Positions 11,701-25,800 of a stretch of 64,000 nt of DNA are shown here, piece by piece. Below the pieces are notes generated by a model. It was given only the letters and a program-made list of their open reading frames with translations. It was not told where the DNA came from and did not search any database. The translations under genes and the position numbers were made by a program. The stretch's first letter is position 1, and every line of letters starts with the position of its first letter. Source of the stretch: Podarcis bocagei (taxonomy: Eukaryota). Where the stretch lies: NCBI GenBank assembly GCA_964188305.1, contig OZ076887.1. The stretch is one strand, 5' to 3'.

Positions 11701-14700
11701 TAACCTTAGGACTAAAAACAGATTCAGATAAATCAATTTACCCATACACATAGTAATATACACATACGAATTAAAGAAATTCATGTTGCTTATGTGTGCC
11801 ATAGGGGGTTTCTCTAAAGGTCATCCAGAGTTATTGCTTCCATATAACCTGTGACCGATATGAGGGAAAATTCAATGCTGTCATCCTGCTTCTGAAACAG
11901 TTAATAATCCAACAGAAGTGTCTGATAGCAGAAGAGGAGGGGAAACAATATTCTCCTATCTTTCTTTCCCCTAGAAGTCCCCTGTGCCACTTTCTGAAGT
12001 GTTCCCAACCTCTGTAACAGATTTTCAGGGCTGCTTGGGTTTCAGAAGGAAGGTGTATCAGAAAACCATTCTGAAGAACAAAAAAGAGGACACTTTTGCC
12101 GACTTTTACTTTTAACTATGGATTGCTATGATGACTCTACCAATGAAAAAGAGGATGTGTCCTGGAAAAAGAGGACATGTGTCTACTCAGAGTAGACACT
12201 GTTTGCACTCATTTGGGAAGAGGGATACTGTATTGAGTTTTCTTAAACAAACACAAACTTTGCGGCAGAAGTCGATAAGAAGTTGCAAGTCTCAAAATGG
12301 TACTGAAACAAAAAACATGGAGAACTTTAATAAGATAGTAAATTGCCCAGCATATTTTAGTAGAAACATTTCTTCAGGGCACAAGGGTTCAATTTGTTAT
12401 TCTTGTAAGACTACATCTCTTTTTCATCTTTTCTCCTCTCTCTGGGCAGAAGCCACACAGTGTCCTCCACTTGACCATCACTCAACCATTCTGCCTTCCT
12501 TATCTGAACTTTTCTTCCACCTTTAGCCCATTACAGATTAGTGCAAATTCACCCTTTTGAGTTTTGCCTGCTAATTTACACTAGCAGTAACTAAAACATG
12601 ACTATTTCATCATCCCATAGCCCATCTACCCCATTATTCCATCTCTAATTCGACTCACACATACTCAATTAAAAAACCCCAACAGCATTTATGAGGCTAT
12701 GTATGAGTAGAATAGGGCAAATTTATTGCTTATTTTAAAAATAAACCCTCAAATCTTGACATACGTATGGGAAATGTATCTGTAAGGGATAAAATTGGAC
12801 TGAAATGTGGCCTGACTGTACCTAAGTTCAAAATAGCAGCATTTATAATATGGTTCTGGTAAAGTATCTGCATTCTTGCCCTCTGAGTCTCAGGATGATT
12901 CAGTGTCACATAAGCAATTTGTCATTCCCAACAGGGACCTTTCAAACATTATTCCGCATTGTCCTCTGTGTAGGACTGGCTCAGATTGTTAACATGAGGC
13001 TCTAAAAATTATATTTACCCTAGAAGGAATGTCACAGCACCTATCTCTGCTAGTCCAAACAGCATTACATACGATGTCGAAGCTCTGGATCTCTAACTGT
13101 AAGACAAAAACACAAATGTCTTCAATGTTACATCTGCAGAAAATTTTTAAAAAATAGTAATGCAGGGTGATATTATGCAATAATCATTTTTGCCATTCAG
13201 CCAAGGCAGTAAAATGCTATTCAGCAACACAGCATAGGACAACATTGAATAAATGGTCACTTAATTGTTTACTTTGGATCACAGACATTTTTAACAAAGC
13301 ACACATAAGATTTGTTTAATGCAATAAATGTCTTGCAGCTTTATATATTAGTACATAAAAATAGCAGTGGGATAAAGTTGTTCAGATAATAGAAATATTT
13401 TCCCAGCCAAAGACTATGTGACTCAAGCCCTTTCATGACTGAGTCATGCTACTGTTGACTCATATGTTGAGGCTACTAGATCAGAAGGCCAACTTCTATT
13501 CTATGACAAATGCCATGGGGATATCTTGATTAAGCACACAGATGCATTGTGGGATTTTTTGATGGAGGTCAGAAAACTCTAACTTGTTCATTTACATTTA
13601 TATTTTGGTCTGAGAATACTCCAGTCAACTTCTCAGAGCTACAGCTTTTGGTTCATATGGTAATTTTGACTAAAAATTACCATTTACATTGTAACAAGGA
13701 GCAACCAAGTTCATCCATCTTGGACTGAACATTTATCCTAAGTCAATATAAAAGGAACTGACTTCATGGCATAAAACTGGTCCAGAGCTAGGCAGATGAG
13801 TAGTTTTTGTGATATGTGATAGTGTCTTGTGTGTAATCCAAAGAGCATTATTTGGTGAAGTAGGGTATCACTATGAAAACTCCTGCCACAATATATTTGT
13901 TTTTAAGATGCCATTTGAGTCTTGTTGGCCATTAGGTATACCCTAAACGTTGTAAGTAGACTCTTAATAAGGATTTCAAAATACATTTTGCAAGTGCTTG
14001 GAACGGATATAAAGTAAAGCTTGTTACTTACTGTTGCTGTTTTCCTGTCACCTTTCTGTAGTTTACCCAGTATTTCATAGCCATCAGTTGTGATATTTCC
14101 ACCCTCTTTAATTGGTTTTTCCATTATTTCAAGGCAGTCAATGTAAATTTTAACATTTGTGGGAGTTACAACAATATGAACCTGTAGAAAAATTATTAGA
14201 AACATAACTAAATGCATGTATGTTTTTTATACACCTTAGATTTGCTGTTTAAAGTTGTTAACTGTTTTAAAGGTATAGGGGCACTGATCTATGCATGGGT
14301 CCTCCACATGCAAGGGCTTCTTTACTAAGAAAGGCAACAGCTCCATATAAAGTTGTTCTTGGGACTTAAAAGTGGGTGCCCAAGTAAGTTGGTGAGCATT
14401 GGTTCGGGCACTAAGGTCTGGATCAAGGTATGTAATTATTTATACAAATGGTTGAGGTGGCTAAGACCAACTATGACCATATGAGTAAAACATTCTCGCA
14501 AGATATACTGTAGATAGAAGAATTTAAGAGAGGGTGGGTTTGTTTTGTTCTTTCTTGTCCCAGAACTTTATTTTTCCATTTTTCCTTTCCACACAACAGT
14601 GGTTGTATTTGAACAAAATGGTCTCACACGCTCCCCCCACCCCTCTCCTCCTCTGGCATGACCACAAGGAGATCAAAAGCTTCCACTTCTGTTCTGAGAT

Positions 14701-16792
14701 TAACCACAGTTTAGTGTGTTGTCCAAACCCCAGACTGTGGTTAAATTTAACTATGGCTAATAAAAATAAGACTAGCTCATCAACTCCTTTGCCATGGTTT
14801 GAAGTCAGCATGTTTCCTTAACTATAGTTAATAATAATCAGTTGTCTAGATTTGGGCAGCATGACAAAACTACATTTAATCAAAAGTGGATGGGAAGGCT
14901 TCCAGATTCCTTCTCACAGCAAAGGTGCAGAAGCAGGGAGAACACACAGGCCTGGACAAAAGCTAAGCTCATTCTTGTAATGTTAAATGTTTTTTGTGGT
15001 CCCTAAAATATGGTTTAGCATTATTTCTGCAGCTGTCAAATGTCTTGGATTTAGCCACAGCCAGTAGAAGTTGCAATGCACAAGAGTTCCAAACATCTCT
15101 CCCATTCATAGAAACTGGGTGGAATAGATTGGATGGGGTAGACAGGATAATGTTCCTCATTTTTACAAGACTAGACTGAGAATTTGAAACATTAGATTTA
15201 CTTATTCATATTTTTTTTGGGGGGGGGGCTGTGCTACCACCACATACTAGCATTTCACAAAAGGTATACTAAGAGTTCCATTTTGCATCTTTCTTATCCA
15301 ATGTAAATAAATTTTTTTTAAAAAAAATACTATACTTCTGCTAGCTTTGTAACAGTTACATTTTCCATACTGTTTGCTTTATACACTTTGGAATGAAAGA
15401 GTATCTAGCAGAGGCCTTGCTTGGATAAAAGGGATATGCTTCTGTTGGAATACATCTATAACAAAATATCACAGGACAGTGCCAAAAGCTGAGTAATACA
15501 TTTGGACCACAAATCCATGAGAAATGGAAAGACATTCCAGCACTGATCAGCTTTCAAACAGAAGTTTATTAAAGTTCCCTCCTCAATTGCTTGAAAGCTC
15601 ATCAAGGGTTTCCTGCCATTTTGCCACTTCAAGATCTGACTGTATTTCAGTGCGCTTTCTGATAGTTTATTTGTAATTATAATGTCATTTCTATAGCTGC
15701 ATTAAGTCATGTTTAGCAGGAAGGAAAACTGTATATCATAGATGTTTATATTTATGATTTCTTAAACGTTCTTGACAATTTAAAATAAAAAGTGAAACAT
15801 CTGTTTATCCAGAATTAAATCCCATAAATATTTGTTATTATATTATGTAGCACTAAATTGCTGCAAAAATGTGTGTGGGTGCAACTAAATAGCTCTCCAT
15901 GGTGTTATAGCTATATAGATCTGTCCATGTTTGTAGTTGGTTTATATAAAATATTTATAGCCTGCCCTTTATCAATGAAAGTGAGTATACGTTTCTTCTG
16001 CTGGAAAGCTAAGGCAAAGGCTGAGGGCCAACCTACAGATTAGAGGCCAATTTCTTCTTCCATATTTTTTAAGCAGCTGTGAGAAACTGAGGACTGGCTG
16101 AAGGGAGAAGCTACATGACCTTTCCTGCTTCTGCTGTTCTGTGCAAAGTAACCCCATCCCAATACTTTTCTCCTGGGAAGGGAATAGATATGAGGACCTT
16201 ATATCTCTTCCCCTGGTGATGGGACAGTAGCTGCAGGGGGCAATTTTCAGCATGTAAAGAGCAGAAAGCAAAAGCATTTAGGAGCTCTTCCCTTCTGTCA
16301 GCCATTTGCCCCCAGTTCCAGCTTCCTGTCAGCTATTTTTTTAAAAAAATTAAGTGCTGCAAGGGAGACTAATGGAACTTCTATCACATGTAGTTTGGTT
16401 CATAATGGCGAGGCACAGAATAAAAACCATATGGTTCTATAAGAGTTCTTTGATACTGCTTTAATTACTGAATTACTAAGCCAACACTTTCCCAAAGAGT
16501 CTTGCTGGATTCATCCACTATCACTACAGCAATGCTACTCAACATCCAAAGAACTGTGCCAAAGCAAATTTTCCACAAGTAGCCAATATTAAGTTAGCTA
16601 TTTTTCATTGAGTGAACGTATAACTCGTTGAATGAACACCACAAAAATGTTTCATATTTTGGAAGGGTTCAATCCAATTTTTAAAAGTTTGGCATATTCT
16701 TAATATTGGATATTTTTTAACATGAAAATTACCATACAAAATATGTTGCAATTTTTTTCTCTTTTGCTAAAGCTAGGTCACTTATTTCATGT

Positions 16793-16825
<33 letters not shown>

Positions 16826-19800
16826 ATAATTCATTGCATAATTATCCAAACTCATGTGCTGAGTTGTGCTACACATAATAAGCAGATGACAGAAAATATG
16901 GGCTGCTGGATGTTGTGAAGAGCCCTAAGATCTATGGTTATAAACTTTGTTATACAAATTTTAATCATCATCATTATCTATGCAGGAAGTGCAATTGTAG
17001 ACCAGCTCTGAAGGTTCCTTCTCTTTAGCTTTGAAACATTCTTTCTAATGAATTACCTAATCTCCTACTGATGACAAACAATGCAATGGCATTCAGAAAT
17101 CATAGCAGGCCCATATTATAGTATTTACCACCTTTTAGCTGCGATTCTGAACTCAATTACTTGCAATCAAGCCCCATTGAACTGGACATATTCAATATGT
17201 TAACCTATCATAAATATTCAATCTATGTTAACGGTAAAAGCTCAAGAATATTTGCTTGAATTGACTTATAAATTATTAAATCTATCTATATCTACTAACT
17301 AGCAAGTATGGTTTTTGTTCTCAAGAAAAATGCTTTTGTTCATAACAATTTGCACACAATTGTCAGCATTTACCTTGTGGAAACTTCCATAAAAGAGTTT
17401 CTTAACTTCATCACCTTCAAATGTTACTGTCTGAACCTCTCCTCTTGTGTCCTTGTTAAAGAATGATAATACTTTGCTGGATGCTGGGGGAGAAAAAAAA
17501 AATATTGACTATATGCATGGTTAATTAGTTACAGTTTTATAACACTCCATGCCCCCAGTAACATATGCAGTCTAATTTGATTAAACTTGTCAGAAGCAGC
17601 AAAGAATGTATTACTAGGGCCAAATCATGAATGTTTATTATCCACTTGTCTCAGGTTTACTAATAAAAAATAAACAGAAATAATACCAGATTCATGGTCA
17701 TTACACATTGTAAAGTACATTATTTGATGTCTCGGGGCCCAAATAAATATCAACCTATCATAAAACTTTAAATGGATAGGACACAACAAAGCTCACTGGC
17801 ACAGAATGCAAGCCAATTACTGGAGCACTTTGGATAAGTATGCTTTGAGATAAGCCAAACACTGTGTTAAAACACCTGGTGCCAATGCTTGCTGCAGGTG
17901 GCTGAGAGATGAATGGCTTCTTGCAGTTCCCAACTTGCCAGTTTCCCTCCCTCAAAACTCAGACACCACATAGAAGTAGCATGATTTATGGCAGTTTAAC
18001 TCTGAAGGAAGATTATTTCAGTATAAAGATGAAAGCAAAACTTCCTGGTATTTACTTATTCTTTTAACATGCCACCAGAATATGATGAACTAGAGAAACA
18101 TCTGGCTTAGTTGACTGCTCACAAATGCTGACCAATAAACAATATATCTACTGCTGGAACTCTGCCTGGCCTTTGATTATGCCGATATAGGAGCATTGAA
18201 TTAACATCCTTCTAGTTGGTGTACTTTGGTGAGCAGTATGTTCATTTCTAGAGTCTGCAAAGTATAATTTCAGATAATAAAAATGGCAAGATCTTTCTCA
18301 GTTAGTGGCTGATCCATTCCTAAGAACTTCTATTTTTAAACCTCAGATTAAAGCATTTCCTGGATGATTTCATCCAAATAGAAGATTTCACAATCAGCTG
18401 TGGTTTTGCAAACACAGGGTCCAGGCAAATATTATGCAAATTGCACATAACTGTGCAAATTAGTTTCAGTCTACCTCAGAATTTTCTTCCCTGTTGATCT
18501 CTGGTGCTGAACAAATATTGGATTGCAACAATAAATATTTCAATAACATTCTGAGCTTGACAGATTGAGGAAGAAAGGATGGAAATTTAGCCATAAAGTT
18601 CCATTTAGAGATTCTATTCATACTATAAGCAGGTGAAATCATTCTTACAATCAAGAACAACTCCAACTTGTGGTTTGTAATCTCTGTCTGTTATCTGCCA
18701 AATTGCGAATGGTTCAGTGGGGGTGTCCGGGAGAAGGCGGAATAACAATATGATAGTGTAAGCCTTTGGTAATCCATCTGGATGAATCTCCCTATTAAAG
18801 AAATCATAGATTACTGCTCATTGAAAATGCATGAAAAAGGCTAAAGAACTCCATAATGTTTCATCTGAAACACAGAAAAGACTGTAGGAAAATGTCAACA
18901 CGCAAACATCTGCATTACAAATTTCACAACAAAATTGTGGTTTACTCAAGATCCAGAACACACAGACCTTTGCTCAGCAGTTGATCACTCGCTCCACTCA
19001 AACCTCACAAAGACTGATGTACTGAAGAAGATTCAAAAATAAATTATGAGAGGGCTACTTTGTATTTAAGACTGAAAGAAGCCTCTTGCCAGAAAGGGAG
19101 GAAAGGCTTGTTTAAACTTCCCAATATTCTTCAGTTTGCCTATTTGACTGCTTTTCCTTCTCACTGTAATGAAAAGCATTATGAATCTGAACTGTTTAGG
19201 GCGGGTACATAATTTGATTCTTAATCATTCACTAGAACTGTACTAAATTCTAATTTTTCGATAACCAAATGAGATAGCTATCCAGACCATAGACTGAGCC
19301 TGTAAGGCAGGTGTGGGGAACTTTTGGCTCTTCAGATGTTGCTAAACTACAACTCCCATCAGCCCCAGCCCAGTTTCCCCATGCCTGCTGTAAGGGGTAA
19401 GAGGCAATGGTGACAGAAACTGCAGTGTAATCTTCAGGGTCATTAAGCAACAGGACCCTTAGAATTTGCCTGGAGAGGAGAAAGAGTAGCAGCAGAAATA
19501 TTTTGGGGAACTAGCTAGGAATAAGAGGCCAATGATGACTTCTGGGAGGCAATTCAAAAAGGAGAGCAATTCAGGGAGGGGGGAATCAGATGAAAATAAA
19601 GCTATGAATTCCTCTCACTTAGTACAATTTGCTCCCCTCAAAAACTGTGGCTTTGTCTTGGCTATATACAGAGCACTGGCATGTTTCTGTAGGGCTTAGG
19701 AGCTGCACCCTCTCCAAACTATGGAACTGTTTTATTCTAATAAACCTTCAGAATTCCTCTCCTATTGGCAAATGAGCTGGTGAGTCTGGGTGAAGAATAT

Positions 19801-22800
19801 CTATCAGCTAGCAATATACTGTATGGAACAACTACCATCATGCATCTATAGCTAAAATTTTCCCCACCACTAACCACTAATAGCTGAGTTTGAAACTGAA
19901 TAATTGCAAAAGATTTCAACTGCCATGTCAATAAAAGCCTGTATAGGGAATGAAGAAACAAACAAACAAACAAACAAACAAACAAACAAACAAAGCCTGT
20001 ATAGGGAATGAAGAAACTAAACATTTTAAGCAATAAGAAAAGTGGTACATTGTTTAAGAAAGTTGCTGCAGTTCCTTTTGAGCATATTTCTTAATGTTGC
20101 AGACTAAGCAAAATGTATCACCCATTATTCCAGAAAGTTATGTGTTCCATGTAACCACACACAGTCAACTTTCCCCAGTTAAAAAAAGAAAAGAAGAAAG
20201 GTAGCACAGCTTACATTGTGGGTTGGCTAACAAAGGCGTTTTTATTAAGCCTGTATGCCACATAACTGGGGTAGGATCCTGACTGCAAGGAAACGCCTGG
20301 TACTGAAGCAAAATACTTCTCCGTTAAGTTGTAAGCTTCCAGCATCCTGAAGCCTGTATCATAAAGGAGAACATGTTTTTCATCATTATTATTATGTTCA
20401 AAGGGAAAGAGACTTGTGGAATTTAGAAAATGTGAAGACACTTTACTAGGCTGGGAAACTGGTGTATAAATTCTTACCAGGAGAAGTGTACCCATCCAAG
20501 TACATGAGAGGGCAAGCTGAAACAGAAAAAGAAACATGTCAAATGAAATAATGAATGAGCCAGCAGCCTTGTTGTTGGAAGGTGCGCAGGGTTACTGCAG
20601 AATCTCCTCCTTTGGAAGTTTTCAGAGTGAGACTAGACAAGCTTATATATCGCAGATGCTTTGCCTGGTATTCTAAGAGTTTCAGCATGCACCTAATAAG
20701 CTGTTGTGTGTACATGGGGCTTTCTGTTGATATTCCCTTTCCAGCGTAGCCCATCTCACGGCATCAGAGGACAATCTGGACACCCCTCTTCATTAAGAGC
20801 AGATTTCTGCGGAGGAGGCATGAGGGAATGTGCTAGAAAGGATGGTACTGAAAAGAATGCATACAGTTGTATCTAATTGTGTCATGGAAGGCTCTTTGAT
20901 CACTAGAATCCAATAGGTAAATTTATTCTTAAGAAGATTACAGAGAAGAGTGGCATTTGACTTACTTGAGGTAGCTGTCTCACAAACAAAGGTGATGAGG
21001 TTATCCTCAATCTTTTCAAAAGCATCAAAGTCATCAACTATAAAGACATGGCGTTCACTAGGTTTGCTGGCGATCTTGGCCAGTTCATGGTAATCAACAT
21101 CAGCCACACCAACAACAAAGACACTGAAACCTGCAAATGTAGTATCAATTGAGTTAGTGTTGTTACAAGTATATTTCTACATGTTCTTCTCAAAGATAAC
21201 ATCTAAGCAATCTGTTATGAGGGGATGACATACAACTCAAGGGAGACGTGTAAAGTGTGTACGTTTATCGTTTCCTTTAAAAAAAAGAAAACACCATATC
21301 CTGAAGAGGGTAAGTGACTAAATCTGTGGTACAGGTAGATATTTCTATAAATAAATGTTCAAATAAAAATCTTACACGTACAACAGAGTTTACCCAGGGT
21401 GAAATCCAACACTGCTTGAACAGATTTCCACTTGCACTACATGGCTTCCCCTTCCTCCCAAATCTTCTTCAAAGGATCCCCTGATTTGCAAGTGGAAATC
21501 TGCCCTCCTTGTACATGAACAGCACTGGATTCAGTCCACTACAAAGTGATACTGGATAAATTGGTTTACAGATATCAGACTCTCAAATGTTCACTGATTA
21601 TTTGAACTGTGTATATTACAGCCTTCCTAACAATACAGAATCTGACATTTGACGAAGTTAGCGGAATTATAGTTGTACGACGTTATGGTACATAAAAGCA
21701 ACTTACCAGAATGTTGTATGACAGCTGCAGCTTTCCTCACTTCATCCTGTGACCGACCATCAGTTACAACAACAAGTACCTTGGGAACTCCTTTCCTCAT
21801 ACCACTTTCCCATGTCAAGACCTTATCTTTGATAAATGTAAGTGCTTTGCCTGCAGATGGTGAAACAAAATTCATTGCGGTGATCAAACGAAAATGATAA
21901 TCTTAGCAGCACACACATTAACATTGGAATGAAATTAAAAGATTGTATCCAACTAAGTTATACTCAAAGCAGACTGACAGAAATTAATGTGCCTAAGTTA
22001 GTCATGTCCATTATTTTCAATGGCTGAACTCTGGACTCAGCTATACAGCTGCAAATAACATGTTTTAAGTGTGTTGTAAAGTGCATTATACAAATGTGGC
22101 ACTAGATGGTGATGGTGAGCTATGGCAAATTCAATATATTTTTCAAAACTTTTTTTAAAAACAGCATTTTCACTTCTTTTTCTATGTGTCTAGATTCCAC
22201 ATCTGAGTAGGGCTGACAATGGATACAATCCCAAGTCTGTGAAGCATAGAGACCATGTTTATTTTTTTAAAAAAACTGAACTTAAATCCTCCCACAAGTA
22301 CCTGTCTTTGTGTTCCCTCCTCTATACCGAATATTCTGAATTGCTCCTAGTGCTTGTGCCTTATCATCATATGTATTCAAATGGAACTCAGACTTTGGAT
22401 CATCACTGTATTGCACCAAAGAAACCTGAAACAGAAAATTAAATCTGGCATTAATGGAATGAATGCTCCAACAATGCAATTTTGTTCAATACCACGGGGG
22501 GAGGGGAGTGGGGGTACAGGAAATATTAATGAAGGATTTGGCACATATAAGAATGATTTAGTCCATGATTTGGAAGATGTGGGTGTGGTTGTCAGTTAAA
22601 CAGTCTGCATCACATACAGGCTTACCTGCTTACTGGCAGTTATTACATGCATGTGATGAAAGGGTTTTTCAAACAGCCAAGCTGTCGTTTGCAAGGTATG
22701 GTTTCTACAGTCTAACAAGCATTTCACCATACTACAAAGTAAAGGAAGCACACACATACACCGCACACTGCTGAAAATAAGGCCACCCAAACTTTGAATG

Positions 22801-25800
22801 GCTTGCAAGTAGGAAAAACGATAAGAGCCAACCCACCAAGGACAGAGTGGCAATTTGTCCAGGGTAGAAGGGTGTAAAGGGCAAAATGTAGCAAAATATT
22901 GTGCACCTGTGCTACTCTTTTAAAGAATATTCAATCCTATGAGGGTCAGAATCAGTTTTGCCTCAAGCTAGCCAGTTTTGCCATTTGTTGAGGGTGGGGA
23001 AACTGAAGGTCTAGTGAATTGACTAATGCAAGGATAACAAATGTGGTACCCTGCAGATGCTGAGGACTGCAACTCCCATCATCTCAGACTACTGGCAATG
23101 GTGACTGGGGCTTATGGCCATTAGGGAAGCATAAGTGTCTCCCTCTTACTGTATCTTCAGCCCCGGAATCAGCAAAATGCCCATCCATGAGCTGGAGAAC
23201 ACCTATGATCCACGCTTTTATGGTCATGGAAAGGGGATGATGCAATCCATAGTGCAAGCATGAAGACAGAATCTGGAAACATGGGCTACAGACTGAATCA
23301 CTTTTCTAGCTTTGGTTGAAATTTAAATCTAGCAGCTTCTTTTAAGAATCTTTAGAGTCTTGGCTTCTCTTGTTTATTACGGGACAGGAAGAATAGACAA
23401 ACCTGAATTCCAGCAGGGTTGATTAGGTCAAAGGCTCCAACTGTATTAAAAACGAATTTCAGCACTTTCTGGAAATTGTCATCTCCAATACTCCAGGAAG
23501 CATCAGTCAAGAAGACTATATCTGCTTTGGCTCCCTTGCATACTGAAAAGTTCATTGGATTCAGTTAAGTCTCTGACACATACAGAATAATTAAGGACAC
23601 TGTGATGATAATTTGAAGAACAGCATGTGTCAAGCTTTTCAATGTAACATATAGAATACATCTAAAAAACCATTCCCCCCCCCCATTGGAATTTATGAAA
23701 AATACATTCAAAGGCTCAAATGCACCAAACATGTTTATAGAACTCAGACTAAGAACACAAACATGAACACTCTGGAAACGTAAAAGACAAGGGAATATAT
23801 GGGAAGAATCAAATACAGTTTTAAGCAGAACTTACTTCTCTGTTCACAAGCTAATATGAGCGCCCTAAATTATAGTAACATCAGAGCCTTTAGTCAACAG
23901 TACTCTCAAAGTCCTGCTTTCATAGACATGGCAGAAATAAGATAAATGCTTTTGCAAGCACCTACCATCCCGAGCAGGTGGGATTGTTGGAGGAGGAGGG
24001 GGAGTTGGTGGCTGAGTTGGTGGTTCTGTTGGCTTGATCACTAAAACAAAAATATTGAATTAAAATATTTTACATATTCAATATTCTTAACTTTGTGAGT
24101 TGAAATTAGTAATATCCACTGCAGAGAAGTACAACTGATAGACGTTCATTTGGTTGCAACTTAACTGACACGTCCATCTTTAAGAAAATAAACTTCTATT
24201 GTTCTTCGTATGCACACAAAGAGATAAGAGAGGCAGTGTGTTAAAATAATTTGTAGTTCACCTTTTGTACCCAAAGCACTCTAATCATCCCACCTGGGAC
24301 TGCAAAATCCTGGCAGAAGGTCAAGAAGTGCCAAGCACCTGGCTGGCAACAATACATGATTGGTGAAAGATTTTCAGACAAGAGAAGGTTAGAATCCAAA
24401 AGTTTTAGGATCCCACCCCCATGAAAAATATATCTGTTGACCAAATCATGCATGAAATCTCACAAATAGGAAACAAAGGAAAACTAGATTCTGCCTGATA
24501 GCTCAGTCAATAGAACATGAGACTCTTAATTTCAGGGTCTTGGGTTCAAGCCCCAAGTTGGGCAAAAGATTTCTATAGGGGGACTAGATGACCCTCGGGG
24601 TCCCTCCCAATTCTACAGTTCTAGGATTCCATGATTCCTTAAAAATACTACAGTGTTTTTACAAGCTCAAGAATGATAATATCTCCAAGCACAATTACTT
24701 TGACCACATTCATCCAACGTACTTTAAATCAACATTACCACCACTACTACTCTTATTGTTATCTGCCACCTACATGTTCGTTCTCTTGTAGACACCGGAG
24801 GCCCCTCAAGGTTTGGAGTCTGAACAAACACAGTAGCATCATACTCTGTGTCTGGTGAAAGGCCAGTGAAACAGTGACTGGTTTCTGTTCCACGCACTGT
24901 AATTTCTTGCCCTCTGGATCCTGCAAATAAGTAAAATAATGACTTTTAAATGCTTAGAACGTAGAAGCGTATGAATGCTTGCTGAATGCCTGAAAGCAGA
25001 AAACTAAAGTACATATAGCAAAGAAGGGAATAGTTGCGTCAATGGGGTGTTCTGCTTAGCTTCCAGAACTTTTGGAAGAAAGTTTGGAGCATCTGGATTG
25101 CAGGCGGGTACATAACAGTGCCAGGATACGAAAAGGGAAAGGTGTGGAACAACTGATCTCCATAACAACAGAGGAGAAGGATGCTTAGCTGGCCTTTGAT
25201 CTGCCCTAGTGTTTCTTAATGCCCACATGTACCACATTTGTGAAAAATACTTTTCTTGTTTTGTAGTAGAGATACTGTGGGAGTAGCTGTGCTATAAAAT
25301 TATATATTCATACCCTGCAACAAACAGGAGGGGCATATGTAATAATGGGAAAGAGATATTATCCATACTACTCAGCTACTAAACTCTCGAGGAGCAAAAA
25401 TTATTTAAATGAAGGACAACTATGGAATAGCCTGAGGCAGAATATGTTGAAAGGAGGGGAACAAGAGGAGCATAACACTTCCTATAAGCAATCAAACACT
25501 GGTACTGTTTTACGGAGAGCTACAGGTATTTGCCCCAAGTGTTCCTGCTGCCTCCAGCCTTTCAATGATCAAGATCTCTAATGAGATCATCTGCCATATC
25601 CCTGGTTGGGGACACAACCAATTTGTTAAAGTTATCCATCTTCAGAGGAACCTAGGAATGCAAGAAATGACAGTAGGGGTCTGTGAGAGGCACACTGATG
25701 GGAGATTCCTTGCTCTTCAAGGTTTAGGTGGAAATGTGTTACAGTCTTCACATTAGTTGCATGCAAACCCCAATATATATATGTTTACCATCAGCTGGAT

